Positions 14,576-24,376 of a DNA stretch of 64,000 bases are shown here, piece after piece (position 1 is the first letter of the stretch; each line of letters starts with the position of its first letter). The stretch is from the IMG/VR virus record IMGVR_UViG_3300002542_000355, positions 11,781-75,780 of that record. One strand, given 5' to 3'. Under the pieces are notes generated by a model, which was given only the letters and a program-made list of their open reading frames with translations, searched no databases and was not told the DNA's origin. Both the position numbers and the translations under genes were made by a program. The DNA comes from a virus.

Positions 14576-16816
14576 TTATTTTTTATTCTCATACTCCTTC
14601 AACATCTCCAACAAAAACGTATTCCTCTGTACAACCTCATTATTATCAATAGCATATCTCAATGCTTCATTTTCAAATAAAAACATACATTTCTTGCTTG
14701 CTCTTGTTAATCCCGTGTAAATCAATTGACGACTTAAAAGTTTATATGCACTAAAATCAATTGCAAAAATAACATTTTCAAATTGTGAACCTTGCGATGC
14801 ATGAGTGCTAAGTGCATATGCCATATCAATATCTTTCATATCCTCTTGTGTATAGACCACAATTTCATCTTTACCCACAAACCTGAATCCTGCTGTTTTT
14901 TCGTCTAGATCAATCCATTCAATAAATCCCAATGTCCCGTTGTACACATCATTATTATAATCATTACCTCTCTTGATAATTTTATCTCCAACTTTAAATT
15001 CAAAGCCATTTCTTTTTAATCCAGCATTAGGATTAGGGTTAAAAATTTGTTGTAACTCTAAATTCAATGCTTTTGTACTTAGGCTACCTCTTTCTTTCAT
15101 TGGTACAATAATTTGAAATTCTCTTAAATCAATCCGGTCTTTGACTTTTTTACAAATATCAATGATGTGCGAAGCAATATCTGGTTTACGTTCAAAGGGA
15201 ATTAAAGTTAAATCTTGAAGTTCGCCTACGGTTTTGTTTTTAAAATCTCCACGATCATTAATTTGAATTCCTTCTCTGACCATATTGGCATGAGATAAAA
15301 TTCCACTTTTCTGTGCTTGTCTGTGCACTTTTGTTAATTCACAAACAGGAACAACTTTACTATGAATGAGATCCAATAATACTAAACCAGATCCAATTGG
15401 AGGCAATTGTTGAATGTCACCTAAAATAATTAACTTACCACCGTCTTTAATAGCAGAAACCAATTTATAAAAAATAAAATTGTTTACCATCGATGCTTCA
15501 TCAAGAACAATAATATCATGAGGCAATCGATATTCTCGGTCATAAGCAAATCCATTTGCAGGGTTGTAACCCAATAGTCTATGAATTGTTTTAGATTCAA
15601 GTCCTGTTGCTTCAATAATGCGTTGCGAAGCCTTGCCAGATAAGGAACATGTATTGTATGTATACTCATTAAGTACACCTAATACACCTTTTAAAATCGT
15701 CGTTTTACCTGATCCTGCTTTACCTGAAATAATAACAACATTGTTTTCTACACAAGTTTTAATTGCATGAATTTGTTCATCTGTAAATTTAAAACCTTGC
15801 TCTTGCTCAATTCTTTTAATTCTATCATCTAAATCATTTATAATTGTAGTCACTGGATGATTCATTAATTCCATCAAGTATTCAGCAATTTTACTTTCAT
15901 AATGATAATTTCTATATAGTCCAATTCTCCAACTATCACTATAAAACCTTTGATCTTTAATAAATAATTCACTTTTTAAATGATCTGAAATGATTTTGTA
16001 TTCCAAATTCGCTTCATCCATTACTTTTTCAATCAACTCATCTTTTTCAATCCAACAATGACCATTATCTTCTTCTCTAGTCAAAATATATTCAATACAA
16101 GCATTAATTCGATATGGAGAATCTTCTTTTATTCCACTTTTTAATGCATATTCATCCACTTTTTTAAATCCAATTCCAGATATTTCTTCACAAAGTATGT
16201 AAATATTTTCTTTTATTTTTTGTAGTGCATATGTTGTATTTCCACCAAAATGATTAATAATTTTTTTTATGATGGTATGTGTAACGCCTAATGAAGATAG
16301 TTCAACCAATGCATCTTGAATATCAAGATTTTCATTTACAGCATCTTGAATGCGTTGAAATACTACATCCCCAATACCTTTAATTTTAGAATAATCTAAT
16401 TTCCCTTCACGAATAAATTGAATGATATTTGTTTCATTTGGATATGCTTCTTGGATCGCATTTACATAACTTTCTGGAATGATTGTTCTTAAAAAAGCAT
16501 ATTGTCCTTCAATCGTTTGTGGAATGTCTTGTTTAATATTAATGACTTTATATCCTATACCATATCGTGGGTGATTGGTTTCTTGAATTTCTGCTATGTA
16601 CTCTTCACCAAGGGTTAATTTTTGCATTTCCCCTGAAATTACAAAATTATTAAATTTATTTAGTTTGATTGGTGCATTTGTATCATGAGTTATACAAGAA
16701 TAAACACGAAAATCCGTTGTTGTTTTTGGGAATAAGTCGTAAGTAGGAATTAATTTAAGTTTAATAATATCACTCATTAACGCTTTCATCTCCTTAGTAA
16801 TAATATTCCCACACAC
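14576..16816 (-). CDS. recD2: ATP-dependent RecD2-like SF1B helicase
   Basis: Walker A GKAGSGKTT, LDEASMV, GDIQQLPPIG, HRQA, YALSTHASQGSQF, YTGLTRAS; N-terminal HhH region. Confidence 0.92.
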   Translation of the reverse strand: MCGNIITKEMKALMSDIIKLKLIPTYDLFPKTTTDFRVYSCITHDTNAPIKLNKFNNFVISGEMQKLTLGEEYIAEIQETNHPRYGIGYKVINIKQDIPQTIEGQYAFLRTIIPESYVNAIQEAYPNETNIIQFIREGKLDYSKIKGIGDVVFQRIQDAVNENLDIQDALVELSSLGVTHTIIKKIINHFGGNTTYALQKIKENIYILCEEISGIGFKKVDEYALKSGIKEDSPYRINACIEYILTREEDNGHCWIEKDELIEKVMDEANLEYKIISDHLKSELFIKDQRFYSDSWRIGLYRNYHYESKIAEYLMELMNHPVTTIINDLDDRIKRIEQEQGFKFTDEQIHAIKTCVENNVVIISGKAGSGKTTILKGVLGVLNEYTYNTCSLSGKASQRIIEATGLESKTIHRLLGYNPANGFAYDREYRLPHDIIVLDEASMVNNFIFYKLVSAIKDGGKLIILGDIQQLPPIGSGLVLLDLIHSKVVPVCELTKVHRQAQKSGILSHANMVREGIQINDRGDFKNKTVGELQDLTLIPFERKPDIASHIIDICKKVKDRIDLREFQIIVPMKERGSLSTKALNLELQQIFNPNPNAGLKRNGFEFKVGDKIIKRGNDYNNDVYNGTLGFIEWIDLDEKTAGFRFVGKDEIVVYTQEDMKDIDMAYALSTHASQGSQFENVIFAIDFSAYKLLSRQLIYTGLTRASKKCMFLFENEALRYAIDNNEVVQRNTFLLEMLKEYENKK

Positions 16817-16892
16817 TCATGTGTGGGTATGTTTAGTAATTATATAATATATTTTATGTTTAAAAACAAAATAACAATAAAGAGTATTGTTG

Positions 16893-17951
16893 TCAATTGT
16901 TTTTTCTATTATTTATAATATTTTGTGCCTCCCTCCGTAGTTTTTGTCCAAAACCATTTCCTTGTTTTTTTACTAACATCAATAATTCTTCATGGGTCAA
17001 TTGATCAAATACATCATCATCAATTTTTTCAAAAGCTGCAATCCCTGTGATATTTGTTTGTGGTTTAAGATAATACTTATAAGGCACATCAGGAGAACTC
17101 CAAGAACCTTGAGCAGTTACAGCCGTCATATCCCCACCAGTAAATTCATAAGCAAAATCTGCGCCAGCTTTTCGGATACTGTGAAAAGAGATGTTTCTTC
17201 TTGGATCAAAACCAGCAATTTTACAAAGTCGTTGCATCATTTGAGAAATACCTTTAGCATCTATTGTGAATAGTTTGTCATCGGTACGTTTTCGCACATC
17301 TTTTTCTTTTGCTTGAAGAAGAATTTGATAAAGGTCTGCATGGATTTCTTTGTAAATTTTCTTGCCTTTATCCAAAAAGTCTGGTTCAATAATATATTTG
17401 TTAGGATCTTTATCACATTGTCTAATGTGTTTATATTCTAACTGTAATAAAGCATTTTGCCTCATGCTGGTTGCAAAGGCTAAAAGAATTAAAGCATATT
17501 TCATATAGCGATTGTGGGTTTCATATTTAAGCGCTAACTCAGCCAATAAAAACACTTCATCAGGAGATAAGAATCCTATTCTGGTTGAATCATCTGGTAG
17601 ATCATCTACATCAAGTGCGTGTGGGTTCACATCATAATTATTTTTTTGAAAAAATTTATACAAACTTTTTACTGCCACTAATTTACTATTTACGGTGGAA
17701 TTTTTAAATCGATCAGAGAGATATGATTGATAATCCAACACTTCTGCATTAATTACCTTCAAATCATCAGTAGTTAAATCTTCAATATTTTTGTTTCTTA
17801 AATACATAAAAAAATCTCGTATATCTTTTTCGTATTTTATGGCTGTGTTTTTGCTACTTTTTGCTTTATTACGAAGGAAGATTTGAATATGATCAAATAC
17901 AGTATTTTGATTTAATCTAGTTACATTGTTTGCATAATTTATGGAATTCAT
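16893..17951 (-). CDS. tyrosine-recombinase-fold protein, YopP(SroD)-like
   Basis: SAM-like N-terminal domain; MRQN, FHSIRK, GSW and YKYY catalytic positions; recalled similarity to SPbeta YopP. Confidence 0.8.
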   Translation of the reverse strand: MNSINYANNVTRLNQNTVFDHIQIFLRNKAKSSKNTAIKYEKDIRDFFMYLRNKNIEDLTTDDLKVINAEVLDYQSYLSDRFKNSTVNSKLVAVKSLYKFFQKNNYDVNPHALDVDDLPDDSTRIGFLSPDEVFLLAELALKYETHNRYMKYALILLAFATSMRQNALLQLEYKHIRQCDKDPNKYIIEPDFLDKGKKIYKEIHADLYQILLQAKEKDVRKRTDDKLFTIDAKGISQMMQRLCKIAGFDPRRNISFHSIRKAGADFAYEFTGGDMTAVTAQGSWSSPDVPYKYYLKPQTNITGIAAFEKIDDDVFDQLTHEELLMLVKKQGNGFGQKLRREAQNIINNRKNN

Positions 17952-17987
17952 TTACATACTCCTTTCAAAAATTTGGTATATACTTTA

Positions 17988-18066
17988 AGTATATAGGCAT
18001 TTTTATGAAAAGTCAATAACGTAAAATATTATAAATATTGATATTTTATTAATTTTATGATATTCT
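17988..18066. promoter_or_regulatory. divergent sigmaA-type promoters
   Basis: Minus: TTGACT(18016)-17-TATACT(17988). Plus: TTGATA(18038)-17-TATTCT(18066) with extended -10. Confidence 0.7.
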
Positions 18067-18131
18067 AAAAGTAAGAATATAATCAGAAAGGAGGCAATTA
18101 TTTTATTCTAAATAATTGAATAAAGATTGAA

Positions 18132-18350
18132 ATGAAAAACGCAAATAAAATAAAATATCAAGCAATTAAATATTATGAAGTGCCTCATATTTTTTATACA
18201 AAAGAAGGGGATGAATTACCATATTTTTTAGAACATATTACTAGTGGACGATTGTATAAAGAATATATTGAAGATACGGATGATGATTATTATATTCAAC
18301 TATTAAATTTAAATAAGAAAGGTGGTGATACAAGGGACAATGATGAATGA
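18132..18350 (+). CDS. hypothetical protein
   Basis: ORF overlapping the start of the next gene. Confidence 0.55.
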   Translation: MKNANKIKYQAIKYYEVPHIFYTKEGDELPYFLEHITSGRLYKEYIEDTDDDYYIQLLNLNKKGGDTRDNDE

Positions 18351-19926
18351 TTCTCAACTAGGAATTTATTGCATTACAAACAAACATACAAATAAAATGT
18401 TTATTAATTCAACAAAAAATATTAATACATACAAGGCACCATTGATCAAAAAATTAAACAAGGGAGAGCATAAAAATAAGAGATTGCAGGATGCTTGGAA
18501 TAAATACAAGCAAGATTCATTTGAATTTATTATTCTTGAAACACTTGACGATCCTGATAAATTGAATGAAAGAAAAAATTATTGGATTAATCAGTTTAGA
18601 AGTAATGAAATCGATTATGGTTATAACCTAGAGGAAATAAAAAGACCGTGGCAACAAAAAAGAGATGAGTGGTCAAAACAGAAAAAGTGGCATGTTGACG
18701 GAAGCATCCAACAATTTTTATATTCTATTATCAAACAATTAGATTATAATTTAGAATTTGCAGAAGATCGAGTTGAACATTTAAATAAGGTGTTAACCAA
18801 TGAAAAGATAGAATGGTTAATAAATTATATTAGTTCACCATTATTTGCAAAAAAACAAATTAAATCAAAATCTGATTTCTTGACAGAAAATGATACTTCT
18901 TTACTTGGTTTAAGTACTATTGTTGATTATTTGGTATTTCCTAAATATAAAAATCAAACACAAAAAAAGAAAAGTGTTGAATGGGGAAGTACTGTAAAAC
19001 TTAAAAAAACAAAGAAGAACATGAATTTGGGGAGTAAGAAAGAAATTTTACTTGGTAGCAAGGAAGAAGTTGAAAAGATACCTAAAATATTCACAATCAA
19101 CAAAAAAATAAAAATAACTAGCGAAGATTTGGTAAAATATCCTGAAATCAAAGAAGTATATGATGTATTACAATACTTAAGAAAAGTATTAGGTCATGGT
19201 AAGAACAGCAACATTAAAAAAGAATGTGAAAAAGCAATTGTAACTAAATACGGCGAAAAACAGTTATATATGTTAAAGAAATTATTTAAGGACTTGTCAT
19301 CTGAAATAGTGATAATGAAAGAAAAATTAGCTGGTATTATTCATTTTAAAAGATTAACAAAGGAATCAACAGTTTTTAATTTTGATGAAGATACAGGATA
19401 TTTTTCAGATAAATACGTTGATGGGCAAATTGTATATGGTGACTATGTATTAGTATCAGAAAACAGAATTGATTTTGCTAAAGAGAAACATATTTTAGAA
19501 TTGATTAATTACTACAGTCAACTTAAGCAAAGTGTATATTATCAACCTGATCATGACATGTGGGCAATCTTATTTGTATTAGATGAGTTAATTGAAAAAA
19601 CTTTATTTGATGATTACATTAAAGATATTTTGATTATGAAGATTGACGGATATGAAGCCAAAGATATTATTGAGAAGATATATAAAAAATACGGTGTAAA
19701 ATTAACCGAAGATAGATTATCAAAAATTTATAATGATACTATTCCTAAAATGATAGCTAGTACATATTTACAAGATCGAGAAGATTGGATCTTTACCTAT
19801 AAGGTTAAGGGAACTTATAAGACATGTGCAAAATGTAAACAAAATAGATTAGCAACAACAAAATATTTTAGTCCAGACAAAAGGAATAAGGATGGATTAC
19901 ATAGTTTTTGTAAAAATTGTAGATAA
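18322..19926 (+). CDS. degenerate GIY-YIG domain fused to a putative transcription regulator (HTH-like region and C-terminal zinc finger)
   Basis: GIYCITNKHTNKMFINST..SFEFIILE..E..WI N-terminus; C-terminal CAKC..CKNC. Confidence 0.6.
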   Translation: MVIQGTMMNDSQLGIYCITNKHTNKMFINSTKNINTYKAPLIKKLNKGEHKNKRLQDAWNKYKQDSFEFIILETLDDPDKLNERKNYWINQFRSNEIDYGYNLEEIKRPWQQKRDEWSKQKKWHVDGSIQQFLYSIIKQLDYNLEFAEDRVEHLNKVLTNEKIEWLINYISSPLFAKKQIKSKSDFLTENDTSLLGLSTIVDYLVFPKYKNQTQKKKSVEWGSTVKLKKTKKNMNLGSKKEILLGSKEEVEKIPKIFTINKKIKITSEDLVKYPEIKEVYDVLQYLRKVLGHGKNSNIKKECEKAIVTKYGEKQLYMLKKLFKDLSSEIVIMKEKLAGIIHFKRLTKESTVFNFDEDTGYFSDKYVDGQIVYGDYVLVSENRIDFAKEKHILELINYYSQLKQSVYYQPDHDMWAILFVLDELIEKTLFDDYIKDILIMKIDGYEAKDIIEKIYKKYGVKLTEDRLSKIYNDTIPKMIASTYLQDREDWIFTYKVKGTYKTCAKCKQNRLATTKYFSPDKRNKDGLHSFCKNCR

Positions 19927-20035
19927 TTACGTCAAAATATAACAAATAAGTGCCTAATTACAGTATATAGTATGAGAGGGTATGAATATTTTACTTTCTC
20001 AAAAAACAAAAATTTAAAGGGAGATTGATCAATTT

Positions 20036-20314
20036 ATGAACAAAGCAGATTTAATTACAGCAATTTCAAAAAATACAGGTTACACTAAAAAAGATGTTAG
20101 TACAGTTGTAGAAGCTTTTACTGACGTTGTGACTGAAGCCCTTGCTCAAGGTCAAGATGTAAACATTAGTGGCTTTGGAAAATTTCTAACTCGAAAACGC
20201 GCTGCGCGTACTGCTCGTAATCTTCAAACTGGAGAAACTATTCAAGTACCTAGTCGTGTATCCCCTGCATTTAAGGCTGGAGCAAAACTAAAAGAAGCAG
20301 TACGCAATTCTTAA
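20036..20314 (+). CDS. hup: HU-family DNA-binding protein (YonN-like)
   Basis: MNKADLI..GFGKF..RAARTARNLQTGETIQVP..PAFKAG. Confidence 0.95.
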   Translation: MNKADLITAISKNTGYTKKDVSTVVEAFTDVVTEALAQGQDVNISGFGKFLTRKRAARTARNLQTGETIQVPSRVSPAFKAGAKLKEAVRNS

Positions 20315-20413
20315 TATACCCCTCTAATAGTGACGCTATGCAACTATGAATTTCCTCAAATGGTTGCATAGCGTCGAATCGTAAATTTTTAGATATAGAT
20401 ATGGGGGTTTATT

Positions 20414-21067
20414 ATGCCACTACCAAAAGATAATCTTTTATTTGGATTTGCTCCAAAGCTTACTGAAGAGCAAAAAGAATATGTGAATGCAATTTTTGAC
20501 TACCAGTTCACTATTGTCAATGCAAAAGCAGGAACAGGAAAAACTACATTAGCTGTTGCCGTTGCCAAATTATTAAATAAACCACTTTATTATATATTCA
20601 GTCCTGTTGAAGAAAGAACGATGGGCTTTAGACCCGGAAACCAAAGAGAAAAAGAAGAGTCATATATTACCCCCTTGAAAGATGCGTTAATTGAAATAAA
20701 TGAAGATCCTGAACGAGTAATATTTAATCCAGAAAGACCAGACTTATTAAAACGCGGAGAAGTATGGGTATATCCCATGTCTCATGTTTTTGCTAGAGGT
20801 ATGAACCTTAAAGGGAAGGTTGTAATCATTGATGAAGCACAAAATTTCACTCGTGGAGAATTGAAAAAAGTCTTAACTAGAATTCATGATGATTGCAAAG
20901 TAATAATGATTGGTCATGATGGACAAAATGATTTACCTAATCCAGATAAAAGTGGATTTGTTCCATACATAGAGCATTTTAAAAATGAATCTTATGTTAA
21001 AATATGTAGTTTAACACATAATTTTAGAGGAAAACTTGCTACTCACGCAGATACATTAACTTGGTGA
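20414..21067 (+). CDS. phoH: PhoH-family ATPase
   Basis: AKAGTGKTT, RGMNL, IIDEAQN, GHDGQND. Confidence 0.9.
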   Translation: MPLPKDNLLFGFAPKLTEEQKEYVNAIFDYQFTIVNAKAGTGKTTLAVAVAKLLNKPLYYIFSPVEERTMGFRPGNQREKEESYITPLKDALIEINEDPERVIFNPERPDLLKRGEVWVYPMSHVFARGMNLKGKVVIIDEAQNFTRGELKKVLTRIHDDCKVIMIGHDGQNDLPNPDKSGFVPYIEHFKNESYVKICSLTHNFRGKLATHADTLTW

Positions 21068-21090
21068 AAAAAATTTAGGGAGTTGATGTA

Positions 21091-21276
21091 ATGGCAAAAA
21101 GAAATAATTCTGTCCAATTTAATGGCGTTCTAGATGTGGATACGATGGAAATTACAGAGGAAGATAAAAACGGTGTTTTTGTTTATGATTTACTTGCAGA
21201 ATTGCGTAGGTTTGATGGGAAATTGGTTTCACTCACTTTGAAAGAGGAGTTTCCTGTCGAACCCAAAGAATGTTAA
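21091..21276 (+). CDS. yonK: YonK-family protein
   Basis: Recalled similarity to SPbeta YonK, and synteny. Confidence 0.75.
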   Translation: MAKRNNSVQFNGVLDVDTMEITEEDKNGVFVYDLLAELRRFDGKLVSLTLKEEFPVEPKEC

Positions 21277-22505
21277 GGGGTGATTTCTTGAATAAAGATA
21301 AACTCCTTGAATTGGGCATAAAAAAACGTGAAGGTTTACTTGATTTAACTTGGCAACAAATAGCCAATCAATATGGTGGAGATATATTCACTGATGGAGA
21401 AATGTTGCGATGTTGGGTAAAAAATCAAGTATTTAAAAAGAATAAAGAAAGTAAAAATGAAAATAAAAGTGATATTTTAAAAGAAAAATCATTTAAAGAA
21501 ACAGTAGAAATACATAAAGATGGCACTCAATCAAGCAATAAATTGGTAAAAATGAGTTTTGAGGATTCAAAAAATCCTGAGTTTTTATTGAAGGCACATG
21601 GATATGATTCCAATGCTTGGGAATTAGTCTCTGCCAGATCAAATATTTGGAATACCTATAGCAAACAAGATGGAGTGCTTCAATTATATGCGAGCCAAAT
21701 AACTGTAAGACCAAAACAAAATACATTTGATTTTAATAAACTATTAGAGACTATAAAACAAACCAATCCATTACATATTGAAATTGAAAAAATAAAAGTA
21801 AATAATAATAGATTATTGGAAATTCCATTATTTGATGCTCATTTTGGAATATCAGATTATGAATATTACAAACCAACCCAAGTAAAGATTATACATAAAT
21901 TAAGTCAAAGTAAATGGAAAGAAGTTTTGTTTGTAGTTGGTCAGGATCTATTTCATCACGACAATTTTCGTTCAAGTACAGCGAATGGGACAATTATCGA
22001 AAATGTAGATATGGTAAAAGCATGGAATGATTGTCGAGTATTTTATGAGCCATTAATTGAAGTTGCTATTAAACAATCCAGTAATGTAAAGGTTATGTAT
22101 GCAAAAGGAAATCATGATGAATCAATGAGTTGGGCTTTTGTACAATTTTTAAAAGCTAGATTTCCTCAAGTTGAATTTGATGATTCTTTTCAAGAAAGAA
22201 AAGTACATGTATTTGGAGATAACTTCATTGGAATTACACATGGGGATAAAGCAAGAAAAAATTTGCATAACATATTCCCCATTGAGTTTCCTGATTTATG
22301 GGCAAAAGCCAAAAATAGAGAAATACATATGGGACATATTCATATTGAAGACGCTAAAGATGTGTTCGGTATGATGGTTAGAACATTAGCAACCAGAAAC
22401 AAAACAGATAAATGGCATCAAGATAATGGATATGTTGGTGGACATAAGCGTTTTATGTTGTTTGAGTATAGCTTAGAAGAGTTGGAGAGTATTCATTATG
22501 TTTGA
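21270..22505 (+). CDS. YonJ-like metallophosphoesterase
   Basis: DAHFG, GQD, KGNHD, THGD and GHIH motifs; synteny. Confidence 0.85.
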   Translation: MLRGDFLNKDKLLELGIKKREGLLDLTWQQIANQYGGDIFTDGEMLRCWVKNQVFKKNKESKNENKSDILKEKSFKETVEIHKDGTQSSNKLVKMSFEDSKNPEFLLKAHGYDSNAWELVSARSNIWNTYSKQDGVLQLYASQITVRPKQNTFDFNKLLETIKQTNPLHIEIEKIKVNNNRLLEIPLFDAHFGISDYEYYKPTQVKIIHKLSQSKWKEVLFVVGQDLFHHDNFRSSTANGTIIENVDMVKAWNDCRVFYEPLIEVAIKQSSNVKVMYAKGNHDESMSWAFVQFLKARFPQVEFDDSFQERKVHVFGDNFIGITHGDKARKNLHNIFPIEFPDLWAKAKNREIHMGHIHIEDAKDVFGMMVRTLATRNKTDKWHQDNGYVGGHKRFMLFEYSLEELESIHYV

Positions 22506-22578
22506 AAATTCGCGCTGACACACACCAGCGGCTTTAGTCGTGTGAGGTTCACGTAGTATGAATCGCAATATGTGAAAC

Positions 22579-22911
22579 ATGCGAATCCTCTGCTTCCGTT
22601 TGGAGGTGGATAAATTGAATGAAGAACAAATTAATGATTTTGAAGATGATGAATTTGGTGACGTTTATTTGATCGATGAACCCGAAGATATCGATTTAAT
22701 AATGATCCCTAAATTGGAGATTAATGTAGACAATGTAATTGAACAGTATGCTAAGCAATTAAGAAAATGTAAAACATTAAAAGAAGCAAAAGAAGTATTA
22801 TTTGATTTATATACGTATGCAAGTACTATTTCATATATTGAAAATGAGATTGCTGATATTCAAATTAAAGCAAAGAATTTGGAAGTATTAAAGCAACATT
22901 TAAATTTTTGA
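22579..22911 (+). CDS. hypothetical acidic protein; stop codon supplied by the IS end
   Basis: ORF; TGA at 22909-22911 lies within the IS right end. Confidence 0.65.
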   Translation: MRILCFRLEVDKLNEEQINDFEDDEFGDVYLIDEPEDIDLIMIPKLEINVDNVIEQYAKQLRKCKTLKEAKEVLFDLYTYASTISYIENEIADIQIKAKNLEVLKQHLNF

Positions 22912-23090
22912 CACTCCCCACACCTAAAGGCGGGGGATTCTTGGATGATTAACGCACTCATGCATTTCTGCTTCATGCAATCTCCAAGTTAAGGGCTGTG
23001 TCATCAGCCCATCCTAAGACAGACCATATAGGTTCTTAGGCTGACAGACTGTTACCATCTGTCACAGGTTGACGCATAATATTTATCGCT
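22908..23090 (-). ncRNA. omega (re)RNA of TnpB; 5' end approximate
   Basis: Structured region overlapping the tnpB 3' end and ending at the right-end TCAA. Confidence 0.6.
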
Positions 23091-24094
23091 CCAACCTGAT
23101 CTCGATGTGTTTTGAATCCGCATGAACATTCGTATTTTCGATCATCTGCACGATTCCTTGTTCCACAACAAGGGCAAGTTTGCGAAGTATATGCTGGATT
23201 CACATATACAACTTTAATTCCTGCTAAATTAGCTTTGTACTCAATAAACTTTTGCAACTGATAAAACGACCAATTATGCAGATTCTTTGCGTTTTTACGA
23301 CTTGTTCTTGTCGTTTGGCGAATATTCGCCAAAATTTCGAGTTTAATTGCTGATACATTTTCTTTGATAGCAAAATTTATAATCTGTCTACTAATTTTAT
23401 GATTTTGATCTTTCATCCATCGACTTTCTTTGTTTCCTAGTTTCTTGATTGCATGTAACTTTTTAAGTTTTCCTAATTTTTTTCTACGTGATTGGTATTT
23501 GCGACGAATATATTTTATTTGTCTACCGTTACCAAAAAATCTAGTTTTACCTGTTGATGTTACACATACAGCAGGAACTTTTAATCCAAGATCAACACCC
23601 ATTATATTTTCACTATTAACATCTTCTTGTTCTGGAATCTGAATTGAAACTTGAGCATACCATTTGCCTGATTTTTCAACAATACGCATAAGACCAAGTT
23701 TAGATTTTTTAATTAATTTCATATCTTTCTCTGTTGGAATGGCTTTAAAATACGTTTTCTTTGTTTTACCGTTAATAGAAATAGGAAAAGCAATCGCATT
23801 ATCTAAAATTGTATAGTTTTGATTATTAATATAATACACAGGTTTTTTAAGTACAGATAACTTTTTAGTTTTTCTATATTTATTAAAAACACTTTTTGCA
23901 TCTCTAATTGCTTGATTACAAATAGCAGATGGGAGTGATGTTTGGATATTTTTTGTCGTGATTTTCGGAAATGAATCATTATCAACTGCTTGTTTTGTTA
24001 ATTGATTTACAATTTTAATATATTCTTGAGATAATTGTTTCAATATAATTGGATTAGTTGGAAAAAATCTTATTTTGATTGTTAGTGATTGCAA
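23036..24094 (-). CDS. tnpB: RNA-guided endonuclease TnpB
   Basis: RuvC motifs GVDLG, IKLE and RDQVGAINI; zinc finger CPCC..CSC. Confidence 0.95.
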   Translation of the reverse strand: MQSLTIKIRFFPTNPIILKQLSQEYIKIVNQLTKQAVDNDSFPKITTKNIQTSLPSAICNQAIRDAKSVFNKYRKTKKLSVLKKPVYYINNQNYTILDNAIAFPISINGKTKKTYFKAIPTEKDMKLIKKSKLGLMRIVEKSGKWYAQVSIQIPEQEDVNSENIMGVDLGLKVPAVCVTSTGKTRFFGNGRQIKYIRRKYQSRRKKLGKLKKLHAIKKLGNKESRWMKDQNHKISRQIINFAIKENVSAIKLEILANIRQTTRTSRKNAKNLHNWSFYQLQKFIEYKANLAGIKVVYVNPAYTSQTCPCCGTRNRADDRKYECSCGFKTHRDQVGAINIMRQPVTDGNSLSA

Positions 24095-24218
24095 TATATC
24101 ATCTCCTTTATTTTTATTTTAATATATTTTATTTTATTGTCAATATTTACCGCCATTCATCCCCATGCCTAAAGGCAGAGGCTTTCTGACGGTTGCAGTG
24201 TAAATATATAAATGTCAA

Positions 24219-24246
24219 GCACTTCAACGTAAGTTGGAGTGTTTTT
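24219..24246 (+). terminator. intrinsic terminator
   Basis: gcacttcaac-gtaa-gttggagtgt followed by a T run. Confidence 0.6.
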
Positions 24247-24376
24247 ATTTATATATTTATATTTTTTCATGAGAAGGAGGAACCTCGGTAGTAAGGTTCT
24301 GAAAAATAGACGCTATCTCCCTCGTCTTCCTTCTCATGATTTTTTAAAACAAAAGGGGGAGAAAGAGGGTGAAATT

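Larger units (their letters stand above)
22908..24199 (-). mobile_element. non-autonomous IS200/IS605-family (IS1341-type) element, tnpB only
   Basis: Right-end hairpin ending ..GGGGAGTGTCAA; left-end hairpin GCCTTTAGGC; putative TAM TTTAC; no tnpA. Confidence 0.8.

Noticed and set aside
20332-20375. 13-bp inverted repeat after HU, as a terminator or ncRNA
   Set aside because: No U-tract and no recognisable motif; it may be a stabilising hairpin but nothing further can be supported.
22995-23015. CUGAUGA on the minus strand, as a possible extra hammerhead
   Set aside because: Lies in the TnpB omega RNA hairpin (GGGCUG..CAGCCC); no GAAA, stem III or NUH follows.
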